The notes under the pieces: model-generated
Seen by the model: the letters and a program-made list of their open reading frames with translations, nothing else
What the model was told of the DNA's origin: nothing
The model's database searches: none
Shown: positions 25,863 through 35,151 of the stretch, piece after piece
How the letters are laid out: the number at the start of each line of letters is the position of its first letter
Position numbering within the stretch: the first letter of the stretch is position 1
Assembly: GCA_001784175.1 (NCBI GenBank)
Contig: MFPR01000004.1
Span: 124,001-188,000, forward strand
Direction of reading: 5' to 3'
Source of the DNA: Candidatus Lindowbacteria bacterium RIFCSPLOWO2_12_FULL_62_27
GTDB lineage: Bacteria > Lindowbacteria > 2-12-FULL-62-27
Length of the DNA stretch: 64,000 nt
Translations under genes and position numbers: made by a program

Positions 25863-27284
25863 TTACGGCCGGGAGGCGCGCAATGTGCCTGCATCGGCGT
25901 ATTCGGGGATCATCTGTTCCAGCCGGCGGCAGAGGTCGGCGTCTTCGCCGTCTTCGGCGGCCGCCAGAAGGCCTTGGACCTGGTCTTCGACCGCCGATAG
26001 TTCCGGCGGGTCCTCGATGACCTCCAGAAGATAGTCATCGACCCTCCGGCACGGGATTTCCGACAGATCCTCCTTCAGTTTTTCTCCCGGCCCCAGGCCC
26101 GTGTAGACGATCGGGACATCGACGCCGGGGGTTTTTCCGAAAAATCGAATGAGGTCATGGACCAGTTCCGTGATGTACATCGGTTCGCCGATGTCGAGGA
26201 TGTAGATTTTCCCGGGCCGGCCGGCGGCGGCGCTGGAGAGGACGAGTTCGACGGCTTCGGAGGCGAGCATGAAATAGCGGCGGGCGCCGGGGTCGGTCAC
26301 GGTAACCGGGCCGCCGCGCTCGATCTGCTCGATGAATTTGGGCAGGACACTGCCGGAACTTCCGAGGACGTTTCCGAACCGGACTGAGATCAGCCGTCGG
26401 CCGGGGGCGCGGTCCTGCGCGGCCTGGACGATGAGTTCGCCGGCGCGTTTGGTCGCGCCCATGATCGAGGCCGGGCGGATGGCCTTGTCGGTCGACACGT
26501 GGACGAATGTGTGAACGCCGCCGGCGAGGGCGGCCTCGACGAGGAGATGCGTCGAAGCGACGTTGTTCCGGACGGCGGCGCGAACCTCGCGGTCGAGGAT
26601 GCAGACATGTTTGTAGGCGGCGGCGTGAAAGACGACCGTCGGCGAGAACCGGTCAAACACTCTCTGGACGTCGGCCGGGCGGGACATGTCGGCGAGGAAC
26701 CATGACGGGCCGGTGGCCCATTCGCTGAGCCGATAGACCGCAAGCTCCGACAGATCGACGCCGGCCAGGGCTTCCAGCGGAAATTGCGCGAGCTGCGAAA
26801 CCATTTCCATTCCGATGGTGCCGCCGGCGCCGGTGACCAGGACGCGCTGGCCTTTCAGAAAGGCCGCGACTTTGCCCTTTTCGAGGACGCGCGGATGGCG
26901 GCGCAGGAAATCCTCGGGATTCACGTCCCGGACCGTCGTGATGGGGTCGTTGGTCGCGACGATGCTCCAGACGCCGGGCACGATCAGCGCGGGGATTTCC
27001 TCCTGCATGAGTTTCCGGTGGATCTCGCGGATCCGGCGGCCCGGCGCCGACGGGATGGCGATGAGGACGCGTTCGGCGCCGTATTTTCGCAGGAAAGGCC
27101 GGATGGGTCCTCCGGCCCATTCGATCGGAAGGCCGGCCAACGTCCGGCCGACTTTGCGGGTGTCGTCATCGACAAACGCGACCGGGCGGATGTTCGGAGC
27201 ATGGCCGCGGGCAAGCCCCTGGACCACGAGCTCTCCGGCCTCGCCGGCGCCGTAAATGACGACCCGGAGTTCCGTGGGCGTCAA
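25863..27284 (-). CDS. Nucleotide-sugar 4,6-dehydratase, CapD/PglF-like (no N-terminal TM domain)
   Basis: IYGAGEAG, VTGAGGTIG, HAAAYKHV, STDKA, MGATKR, VRFGNVLGSSGSV. Confidence 0.9.
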   Translation of the reverse strand: MTPTELRVVIYGAGEAGELVVQGLARGHAPNIRPVAFVDDDTRKVGRTLAGLPIEWAGGPIRPFLRKYGAERVLIAIPSAPGRRIREIHRKLMQEEIPALIVPGVWSIVATNDPITTVRDVNPEDFLRRHPRVLEKGKVAAFLKGQRVLVTGAGGTIGMEMVSQLAQFPLEALAGVDLSELAVYRLSEWATGPSWFLADMSRPADVQRVFDRFSPTVVFHAAAYKHVCILDREVRAAVRNNVASTHLLVEAALAGGVHTFVHVSTDKAIRPASIMGATKRAGELIVQAAQDRAPGRRLISVRFGNVLGSSGSVLPKFIEQIERGGPVTVTDPGARRYFMLASEAVELVLSSAAAGRPGKIYILDIGEPMYITELVHDLIRFFGKTPGVDVPIVYTGLGPGEKLKEDLSEIPCRRVDDYLLEVIEDPPELSAVEDQVQGLLAAAEDGEDADLCRRLEQMIPEYADAGTLRASRP

Positions 27285-28033
27285 TCGACCAGGCCCAGGC
27301 GGTGCAGAAGGATGCGGCCCATGAGGCCGAGATGATCGAGGATGTTTTGCGCGAGTTTCATTTTCGACGCGCCCTGCTGCCGGGGCCGCATGAAGGAGGG
27401 AATTTCCTTGATGCGCGCCCCGCTTAAGAGGAGCGTGTAGGTGACTTCGGCGCCGAAGAGGTAGCGGTCGTTTCGAAGTTTCAATTTCATGAAGGCCGCG
27501 CGTCGATAGAGCCGGAAGACGGCGCTGATGGTGTAGATGCCCCTCATGTGCGGCCAGAGGATGATCCGGTACAGGAAGGAGGCGGCGCGGCTCAGATAGA
27601 GCCGGTGCGCAACGACGTTCCCGCAGCTTCCGCCGGGAGCGTACGGCGACGCGGCAATGACGTCGGTCGAGTCGTCCATGAGTTCAAACATGAGAAGGAT
27701 GTGCTCGATCGGATAGTTGCAGTCGGACTCGTAGACGACGACGAACGTGTCCTCCGCCCGAGCGAATCCCTCGCGGACGGCGGCGCCGAGCCCGCGGTTC
27801 TGGGGCAGGTTGACGACTTCGGTGTCCGGCAGTTTCTTGCGTTCCGCCTCGAGAACTTGAGCGGTGCGGTCGGCGCTGCCGTCGTTGACGAAAATGACGC
27901 GAGGCGGCGGCGCGCCGGCGTCTTTGAGAAGCCCGATCAGTTTTTGGAGTTGTCCGACCAAATGGGGCACGGCCGCCTCTTCATTGAAACATGGAATGAC
28001 CATGGAAAACCGGCCGGCATCCTTTACCTGCAT
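27281..28033 (-). CDS. Glycosyltransferase family 2 (DPM1-like)
   Basis: VIPCFNEE, VNDGSADRT, NRGLGAA, GASKM. Confidence 0.9.
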   Translation of the reverse strand: MQVKDAGRFSMVIPCFNEEAAVPHLVGQLQKLIGLLKDAGAPPPRVIFVNDGSADRTAQVLEAERKKLPDTEVVNLPQNRGLGAAVREGFARAEDTFVVVYESDCNYPIEHILLMFELMDDSTDVIAASPYAPGGSCGNVVAHRLYLSRAASFLYRIILWPHMRGIYTISAVFRLYRRAAFMKLKLRNDRYLFGAEVTYTLLLSGARIKEIPSFMRPRQQGASKMKLAQNILDHLGLMGRILLHRLGLVD

Positions 28034-28088
28034 GCATCCCCTCCCGTCGATATCACGTGCGCGATATTATCTAGACGCTGCGAACTTA

Positions 28089-28967
28089 TCAACGCTTTCC
28101 CGGATCCCGATAGAAACGGTGGATTTCCTCCAGACCCTCGGACAGCGTGACCTCCGGATGCCAGCCCAGAAGCCGCGCCGCCTTTCGAATGTCCGCCTGA
28201 CAGACGAGCGGCGGATCGGACGACGAGGCGGCGGGCGCGATCTGCGGTTTGACGGCCACGCCGGTCAGGCGGATCACGAGGTCCGCAAGGTCCTGCAGGG
28301 ACGTGGCGACGCCGGCGCCGATGTTGATGATTTCGCCCGAGGCCGCTTCGGCGTCGATGGCCAGCGCGATCGCGCGGCAGACATCGCGGACGTGGACAAA
28401 ATCCCTGGCGGTGCCCGGATGGGATTTGATCACCGGCGCGCGGCCCTGCAGAACGTTTTTCATGAACGCCGCTTCCACCGTCGGGCGCTCCTCCAATCCG
28501 GCGGACAGCCCATACACGTTGAACAGCCGGAGGATCGTGGTCGGAAGGCCGAAAACGCGGCACATGATGAGGCACGAGAGTTCTCCGCTGTGCTTGCTGG
28601 CCGCGTAGGGCGACGCGGGCCGGACCGGATGAGTTTCGTCGACCGGTTGGGCGTCGGGCGGGCCGTAGACTTCGCAGGTCGATGTGTAGACGACTTTTTT
28701 AACGCCGGCGCGCCGGGCGGCGTCCAGCACGTTGAACGTCCCGAGGGCGTTCACTTCGAAGTCTTCGTCCGGGAATTCGAAACTGCGGTTGACCGGAAGA
28801 CACGCCAAGTGAACGACCACGTCGATCCCCTCCATCGCGGCGCGCACTTCCGAGGCGCGCCGGACATCCGCCCGGATGGAACAGACCCGAAGACCCCGGG
28901 CGGCAAGGACCGGTGCGAGGTGCCGTCCGATGTAGCCATCGGCGCCGGTGATCAGGACGGTGGTCAT
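28089..28967 (-). CDS. NAD-dependent epimerase/dehydratase
   Basis: ITGADGYIG, YAASK, RLFNVYG, RDFVHV. Confidence 0.9.
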   Translation of the reverse strand: MTTVLITGADGYIGRHLAPVLAARGLRVCSIRADVRRASEVRAAMEGIDVVVHLACLPVNRSFEFPDEDFEVNALGTFNVLDAARRAGVKKVVYTSTCEVYGPPDAQPVDETHPVRPASPYAASKHSGELSCLIMCRVFGLPTTILRLFNVYGLSAGLEERPTVEAAFMKNVLQGRAPVIKSHPGTARDFVHVRDVCRAIALAIDAEAASGEIINIGAGVATSLQDLADLVIRLTGVAVKPQIAPAASSSDPPLVCQADIRKAARLLGWHPEVTLSEGLEEIHRFYRDPGKR

Positions 28968-28980
28968 CGCAGAAGAAGCA

Positions 28981-29943
28981 TCACTGCAGGGCCGTTTTGT
29001 ACCACGCCACCGTCCGGCGGATGCCCTCTTCGAGCGGCACCGCGGGTTTGAATCCCAGTTCGGCCTGCGCGAGGCGGGTGTCGGCCAGATGCCGGCGGAC
29101 GTCGGCGGGCCGGGCCGGTTCACGGATCGGCTCGCCGGTGTAATCGAGCGCGCGGGAAATCTGCCGGATCAGCTCGTGGATGGTGACTTCCCGGCCGGAT
29201 GCGATGTTGACGGTGCGGCCGTGCATCCGATCGGACTTGGCGGCCGACACGATTCCCTCGACGGTGTCGGTCACATACAGGAAATCGCGCGTCTGTTCGC
29301 CGTCGCCGAAAATCACCGGCGGCTGGCCGGCCAATATCCGGCGGATCACGACCGGGATGATGGCCGCGTAACTGCCTTCATTTTGGCGCGGGCCGTAATT
29401 GTTGAAGGGCCGGATGATGGCCATGTCGATGTTGAAGGTCCGGGCGTAGGAGCGCACGAGCAGGTCCGCCGCGGCCTTGGCCGCCGCATAGGGCGTCTCG
29501 ACCATCATCGGGTGGTCCTCGTCCATCGGCACGCGGACGGCCGATCCGTAGGCCTCGGAGGACGAGCAGTGGATGAGGGTTTTGAAAAGGCCCTGCCGGC
29601 AAAGCGCGCAGAAGACGAGCATCATGCGGTAGATTTCCTCCGCCGCCCAGTCGGGTCTTTCGAGAGACGCGGGGAGCGGGATGGTGGCCATGTCGAAGAC
29701 GACGTCGATCTTTTCGTCGCCGACCACCTGGCGCATCCGGTCGATGTCGCAGACGCTTTCGACGACAAGTTTCAGTTGCGGAAACTTTGTGAACGCCTCC
29801 GCCAAGTTCGACCGTTTTCCGAGAAAGAGGTTGTCGACCACCACAAGTTTCCCCGGTTTCTCCGGAATCAGGCGGTCGACGAGGTGGCTTCCGATGAATC
29901 CGGCGCCGCCGGTGACGAGGATCGACCGGTCCTTCAGTTCCAC
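28981..29943 (-). CDS. NAD-dependent epimerase/dehydratase
   Basis: GTG start; VTGGAGFIGSHL, YAAAK, RPFNNYGP, GDGEQTRDF. Confidence 0.9.
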   Translation of the reverse strand: MELKDRSILVTGGAGFIGSHLVDRLIPEKPGKLVVVDNLFLGKRSNLAEAFTKFPQLKLVVESVCDIDRMRQVVGDEKIDVVFDMATIPLPASLERPDWAAEEIYRMMLVFCALCRQGLFKTLIHCSSSEAYGSAVRVPMDEDHPMMVETPYAAAKAAADLLVRSYARTFNIDMAIIRPFNNYGPRQNEGSYAAIIPVVIRRILAGQPPVIFGDGEQTRDFLYVTDTVEGIVSAAKSDRMHGRTVNIASGREVTIHELIRQISRALDYTGEPIREPARPADVRRHLADTRLAQAELGFKPAVPLEEGIRRTVAWYKTALQ

Positions 29944-31112
29944 AGGGGCGGCATCCCGTCTTTCAGGAAATCCGACGACGGCACCGTCAGCCGCCCGCCG
30001 CCGAGGGCCGCCAGAAGCGCGTCGACGATCCGGACGGCGGCGCCCTCCTGGAAAGGCGAGGGGGCCTTCGCCATCCGATCGTACACGGCGGCGTCCGACA
30101 GGATGCGCGTCGCTTCGGACACGATCCGGCCGGTGTCGGCGCCGACGAGCACATTCTGGCCGGCTTCGACGGTTTCGAGCCATTCGGTGTTGTTGCGGAG
30201 CGTCAGGCATGGCACATGGAAAATCGAGGCTTCCTGCTGAACGCCGCCGGAATCCGTCAGGGCGATCCGGGCCTGGGTGAGGAGCGACAGAAAATCAAAA
30301 TATCCGAGCGGGTCGACGATCCGGATCCGCTTCTGCAATTTTTCAAGGAGGCCGAACTGCGAAAACATTTTCCGGGTCCGCGGGTGGATCGGATAGACCA
30401 CGGGCATATCCAGTTGAAGGAGGGATTCGGCGATCGCGGAGGCGCGCTGGGGCGAATCGACGTTTTCCTTCCGGTGGCTCGTCACGAGGGCGTAGCTGCA
30501 CGGCTGAAGGTTCATCTGCGCCAGGATGGAGGAGGACTTCAAGGCCATGTCCCGAATCCGGCCGGCGGTTTCGACCAGCGTGTCGCCCGCGAGGCGCGAC
30601 GCTTCGGCCCGGCCTTCGTGGGTCAGGTTTCCGAGGGCCCGGGCGGTGGGCGCGAAGCAGAACGTCGCGACCGCGTCGACCATGCGGCGGTTGATCTCCT
30701 CCGGCATCGTGAAATCGAACGAGCGCACGCCGGCTTCGATGTGCGCCACCGGCACCCCGCATTTGATCGCCGCGAGCGCTCCGAAGAGCGTGGTGTTGGT
30801 GTCGCCCTGGACGACCACGGCCGCGGGCCGGTGTTCGGCGATGACCGCTTCGGTTTTTCTCAGTCCTTCGCCGGTCTGCCCGCCCGGGCCGTCGGACCCG
30901 ACTTCGAGAAACGCATCGGGTTCGGGCAGGCCGAGTTCCTTGAAGAAAATCGCGGACATGTTGTAGTCGTAGTGCTGTCCGCTGTGAATCAGCCGGTACC
31001 GGTGTTTGCGCCGGATGATCTCGAGAAGCACAGACCGGATTTTGATGAACTCCGGCCGCGTGCCCACCACAAACAGAAAATGCCCGTCGTCCGCCACAGA
31101 TCGATCAGTCAT
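29934..31112 (-). CDS. wecB: UDP-N-acetylglucosamine 2-epimerase (non-hydrolysing)
   Basis: GTRPEFIK, HSGQHYD, QGDTNT, HIEAG, TDSGGVQ. Confidence 0.93.
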   Translation of the reverse strand: MTDRSVADDGHFLFVVGTRPEFIKIRSVLLEIIRRKHRYRLIHSGQHYDYNMSAIFFKELGLPEPDAFLEVGSDGPGGQTGEGLRKTEAVIAEHRPAAVVVQGDTNTTLFGALAAIKCGVPVAHIEAGVRSFDFTMPEEINRRMVDAVATFCFAPTARALGNLTHEGRAEASRLAGDTLVETAGRIRDMALKSSSILAQMNLQPCSYALVTSHRKENVDSPQRASAIAESLLQLDMPVVYPIHPRTRKMFSQFGLLEKLQKRIRIVDPLGYFDFLSLLTQARIALTDSGGVQQEASIFHVPCLTLRNNTEWLETVEAGQNVLVGADTGRIVSEATRILSDAAVYDRMAKAPSPFQEGAAVRIVDALLAALGGGRLTVPSSDFLKDGMPPLWN

Positions 31113-31206
31113 GGCGCGCCATCGAAACTCCTCCATCTGAATATTTCAAGAAGCTCGGCCGTTTTTCTTGCTTTCCGGCCGCCGGCTGGTAAAATCCTTT
31201 TTGCCG

Positions 31207-32160
31207 ATGGCTGAACTATCCTGCATTAACATCAACTTTGATTCGTTCGGCTGGGCCCTCGGGTTGCCGCCGGGCCGGACGCGGGACCCCTCTTTTTTCG
31301 AGGTCGCCGACCGGTTCTTCGCGATCTCCGACCGGATGGGATTCAAATACACGATCTACGTCATCGGGCGGGACTTGGAGAATCCCGAGGTTGCCGCGCG
31401 GGTGCGCGACTGGCACGACCGGGGGCATGAAATCGGAAACCATTCCTACAGCCACCTGCAGAACCTGGGGTATCTCGGGGACGGCGAGATCGAGTCGGAG
31501 GTGATGAGGTCGCACGAACTGATTGCCCGGGCGTGCGGCCGGGCGCCACGGGGGTTCATCGCGCCGGCCTGGGCGACGTCACCGGCGCTGCTCCGGGTGC
31601 TGATCAGGAACCGCTATCTCTACGACACGTCGCTTCTGCCGTCCTATTTCATGTGGCTGGCCTCGGCCAAAGTCTGGTGGAACTTCCGTGGAGACGAGCG
31701 CCAGAAATCGGTCCTGCAGCGGAAAGACCGGCTGGCGAATCTGATCGGGCGGCGCCGGCCGTTTTTCACGGACGGCGCCTCGCTGACCCCGCAGGCGGCG
31801 GGCGGCGGGCTGCTTGTCATTCCTTTGCCTGTGACCCCGGTGTTTCGCCTGCCGCTCTGGCACACGATGGCATTCTTTTTTCCGCGCTGGATCTTCGACC
31901 ACGTCCTTCGGACCACCCTCCGGATGCGATTCTTCTATTATCTGGTCCATCCCTCCGATCTGGCCGACCTCGACGACATCCCGGCGGGATACATGGAGAG
32001 CAGCCGCGTGCTTGAAAAACAGCGGATGGCCGTGCCGGTGGCGGAAAAGATACGCCAGATGGAGACATTTTTGGCGGTGGTCAAAGAGCGCAGCGGCAGG
32101 ATCGTCACGCTGGAGACCATCGCCCAGGCCCTCTGGAAGGAGAAACAGGGGGCGCCGTGA
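31207..32160 (+). CDS. Polysaccharide deacetylase family protein
   Basis: GHEIGNHSYSH, GFIAPAW, YDTS. Confidence 0.85.
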   Translation: MAELSCININFDSFGWALGLPPGRTRDPSFFEVADRFFAISDRMGFKYTIYVIGRDLENPEVAARVRDWHDRGHEIGNHSYSHLQNLGYLGDGEIESEVMRSHELIARACGRAPRGFIAPAWATSPALLRVLIRNRYLYDTSLLPSYFMWLASAKVWWNFRGDERQKSVLQRKDRLANLIGRRRPFFTDGASLTPQAAGGGLLVIPLPVTPVFRLPLWHTMAFFFPRWIFDHVLRTTLRMRFFYYLVHPSDLADLDDIPAGYMESSRVLEKQRMAVPVAEKIRQMETFLAVVKERSGRIVTLETIAQALWKEKQGAP

Positions 32161-32936
32161 GAATCGCCGTCTTTCTTCAGGAAGACTACGACTTCACGTT
32201 CCGCATGGTCGATGAGCTTGCGGACCGTCTGGCGCCGGACCACGAACTCGCCGGCATCGCGACCTTTCCGGACAAACTGACAAAATATCGCGGCGCCGAC
32301 ATTTACAGGAAATATCTGGAAATTTTCGGCCCGGGGGTATTTGCGAAACTCGGGTGGAACAGCATGCGGCGCCGGCTCGCGCTCCTCATCGACCGACTTG
32401 CCGGCCGGCGGGCCTACTGGACGTTCGACGGTCTCTACGCGCGGCGCGGCGTTCCCCGATTCCATTTCAGGAATCCGAACGATCCCGAAGTCATCGACTG
32501 GGTCAAGGGCCGGTCGGTGGACGTGATTTTGATTTTTATCGGCTACATTCTGAAAACGCCGATCCTTCAGGCGCCCAAGATCTGCGTGCTGAACAAACAC
32601 GCGGCGTGTCTCCCGGCCGACAAGGGCGTCTTTCCGGTGTTCTGGGCGCTCCTCGAGGACGAACCGATCGGCGTGACGATCCACAAAGTCAACGAAGGGA
32701 TTGACGAGGGGGAAATCATTCTGCAAAAGACGTATGACCGCGTGGCGGGTTGGAGTGTGTCCGACTATTACCGGCATATCTATTCCGAGGTGCCGGACCT
32801 GATGGTGGAGAGCCTGCGGCTTTTGGCATCGAACGCCCGGCGGCCGGTTTCCAACCCGCCGCCGCCGTCGTATCACGGCCTGCCGACCCGGCAGGACTAT
32901 CTGGCGTTCCGGAAAAGGGGATTCCGGTTTGTCTAA
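32157..32936 (+). CDS. Formyltransferase-family protein
   Basis: LNKHAACLP..KG..PVFWAL...GVTIH.V.EGIDEGEII.Q. Confidence 0.85.
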   Translation: MRIAVFLQEDYDFTFRMVDELADRLAPDHELAGIATFPDKLTKYRGADIYRKYLEIFGPGVFAKLGWNSMRRRLALLIDRLAGRRAYWTFDGLYARRGVPRFHFRNPNDPEVIDWVKGRSVDVILIFIGYILKTPILQAPKICVLNKHAACLPADKGVFPVFWALLEDEPIGVTIHKVNEGIDEGEIILQKTYDRVAGWSVSDYYRHIYSEVPDLMVESLRLLASNARRPVSNPPPPSYHGLPTRQDYLAFRKRGFRFV

Positions 32937-33945
32937 GAAACCTTACCTGCGGTATGCCCTGAATATCGGCATCAGCGTTCTCATCCTGGGATTCATCTTC
33001 ACCCAGGTCTCGATCGCCCAGATCACCGGCAGCCTCCGGGCCGCCGACCTCGCCCTGGTGCTGCTCTCCTGCGCGCTCGGGGTGTTAAGCCTGATCCTCT
33101 CTGCGTGGCGGTGGGGGATGCTGCTGGAATATCTCGGACAGACCCACGGATTCGGCCTCCTTTGCCGCCTCACGTTCACGGCGTTTTTCTACAATAACTT
33201 TCTGCCCGGCGGCGTTGCGGGAGAAGTCGCGCGGGTTGCGATGTTACCACCGGCCGATGCCGGCATGGACCGGCAGACGCACCTGACGCGGATCACCGCG
33301 ACGGTGGTGACCGACCGGATCGTCGGCATGATCGGGATCATGCTCCTGGCGTTTTTCGGATTCGTTTTCTCCCGGGACCTTCTTCGAGACGACCGGCTGT
33401 CGGCCGTGTTTGTCCTGCTGACGCTGGGCCTCCTGGCGGTCTTTGTCGTCCTGTTCAGCCGCCGGATCCAGAGCCGGGTCAAGACCCTCTTTGCGGCGCC
33501 GCTCAGGATTCTCGCGCCGGTCCGCGGGCCGATCAGGACCATGACCGACGCGCTCTTCGTCTACCGGGACCGGTACGACGTCTTCTTCAAGACCATCCCG
33601 GTCAGCGTGGCCGCGAACATCTGCGTCGTCGGATATTTCTTTTTCCTGGCGCGGTCGATCGACGTCGATATCGGATTTTTCAAACTGCTCCTCTTCGTGC
33701 CCTTCATCGAATTCGTCTCGACCATTCCGGTGTCGTTGAGCGGGGTCGGCATCCGCGAAGCCACGACGATTTTGCTGTTCGCGTCCCAGGGCGTGTCGGC
33801 CGCGCAGTCGATCGCGGTGTCGCTTCTGACGTTTGTGGTGCTCGTGGTTCTCGGCGCGATCGGGGCGTTCTTTTTCTTTTTCCGGAAATCACCCGCGCAG
33901 CCGGTCGATGGTGCTCCACCGAAGCCGGATGATGGGAGGCAGTGA
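32929..33945 (+). CDS. Flippase-like membrane protein (LPG-synthase TM / UPF0104)
   Basis: Multi-TM; RW..LL, FYNNFLPGGVAGE..R, P.S.SG.GIRE. Confidence 0.85.
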   Translation: MSKKPYLRYALNIGISVLILGFIFTQVSIAQITGSLRAADLALVLLSCALGVLSLILSAWRWGMLLEYLGQTHGFGLLCRLTFTAFFYNNFLPGGVAGEVARVAMLPPADAGMDRQTHLTRITATVVTDRIVGMIGIMLLAFFGFVFSRDLLRDDRLSAVFVLLTLGLLAVFVVLFSRRIQSRVKTLFAAPLRILAPVRGPIRTMTDALFVYRDRYDVFFKTIPVSVAANICVVGYFFFLARSIDVDIGFFKLLLFVPFIEFVSTIPVSLSGVGIREATTILLFASQGVSAAQSIAVSLLTFVVLVVLGAIGAFFFFFRKSPAQPVDGAPPKPDDGRQ

Positions 33946-34509
33946 GCGGACGGCCAGGCGGTTTTTCAAGAGCTGTGCGCGAAGCCACGAGACGGTCTTG
34001 GGATCGCCGGGATAGCCGGAGCCGACTTCGCCCCACTTGCCTTTGAGCCGGTCCATGTCGCGGTCCCGGATCACCTTGGCGACGATGGACGCGGCCGAGA
34101 CGATCGGATGGTTCTGGTCAGCCTTCCACTCGGCGGTCACGTCGAGGCCGGGGAACCGCTCGATCAACTCCCTGGTGAGCCGGTGCGGCGGGAGGAAGGC
34201 GTCGACGATGAGTCGGTCGGGCCGGATTTTTTCGATAAGCCGGCACAGCACGTCGTATTCGAGCCGGTTCAGATTCGAGTCCGGCCGGTTGATGGCCGCG
34301 GGCGTGACGCGCTCGTAGGCGATTTCAAACCGTTCCGTCAGCCGGTCGAACACGCGCTCGCGGGCCTTGCGGGTCAGCGCCTTCGAGTCGCGCACGCCCA
34401 GTTCGCGGAATATCCCCATCTGGGACTCGTCGGCAAGGACGGCGCCCATGACCATCGATCCGAGGACCGGCCCGCGGCCGGCTTCGTCGAGGCCGACGAT
34501 CCGGGTCAC
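33889..34509 (-). CDS. rnhB: Ribonuclease HII, archaeal/eukaryotic type
   Basis: GLDEAGRGP, DSK, VSAASIVAKV.RD, GSGYPGDPKT, R.RWST. Confidence 0.9.
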   Translation of the reverse strand: MTRIVGLDEAGRGPVLGSMVMGAVLADESQMGIFRELGVRDSKALTRKARERVFDRLTERFEIAYERVTPAAINRPDSNLNRLEYDVLCRLIEKIRPDRLIVDAFLPPHRLTRELIERFPGLDVTAEWKADQNHPIVSAASIVAKVIRDRDMDRLKGKWGEVGSGYPGDPKTVSWLRAQLLKNRLAVRSLPPIIRLRWSTIDRLRG

Positions 34510-34808
34510 GGCGCGGACTCCAAGGCGGGCGGTTCCGGCCGGACCGCCAGCTCGAGGCGCTCGGCCAGGCCGCGGAGGAAATCCTCGACGCGGTCGAGTT
34601 TGGTCTCCTGCTTGTGGCGAATCAGCTCCTCGGCGATGTTCAGGGCGGTGAGGAGGAGCATGCGTTCGTTGGAGATCATGCCGTAGTGTTCGGAGACTGT
34701 TTTGAGTTTGCGGTCGATGAGATTGGCGGCGAGCCGGACGCGCTCGGGATTTTCCGGCGTGTCGAAGACGTGTTTTTTCCCGAGGATCATCACTTCCACG
34801 CTCGGCAT
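34506..34808 (-). CDS. zapA: Cell division protein ZapA
   Basis: VEVMILGK...A..IDRKL...LLTALNIAEEL plus coiled coil. Confidence 0.8.
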   Translation of the reverse strand: MPSVEVMILGKKHVFDTPENPERVRLAANLIDRKLKTVSEHYGMISNERMLLLTALNIAEELIRHKQETKLDRVEDFLRGLAERLELAVRPEPPALESAP

Positions 34809-35035
34809 CAGACGTCCTCCGCCAGGAGGTTCAATCGGGCGAGGGCGGTTTCGAGTTTCCGGGTCGAGTGCTTGACGCGTTTTTCAAACCGGTCGCGTTC
34901 GGCGGTGACTTCGAGGAGCCGGTTCCGGAGCCGGTCGTTCTCCCGGTGCAGGACAACATTCTGCCGCGCCAAGTCCTCCTTGGCGCGAACCAGTTTGTCG
35001 GTCAGCCCCTCCACGCGGGACATCAACTGATCCAA
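34808..35035 (-). CDS. Short coiled-coil protein (ZapB-like position)
   Basis: 75-aa heptad-rich protein directly upstream of zapA. Confidence 0.6.
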   Translation of the reverse strand: MDQLMSRVEGLTDKLVRAKEDLARQNVVLHRENDRLRNRLLEVTAERDRFEKRVKHSTRKLETALARLNLLAEDV

Positions 35036-35151
35036 GGTCCGGTTTCCCCTCCCATTGCGTTTTGCATATCCAATGTTCGGACCGGCGTCAAGGGCGTAAA
35101 GCCCCGGCCGGCTTGAAGCCGTTTCGCCGCGCTGGTACGATCCGGGCGATA

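Noticed and set aside
34440-34510. 6S RNA downstream of zapA
   Set aside because: zapA overlaps rnhB directly; there is no intergenic space.
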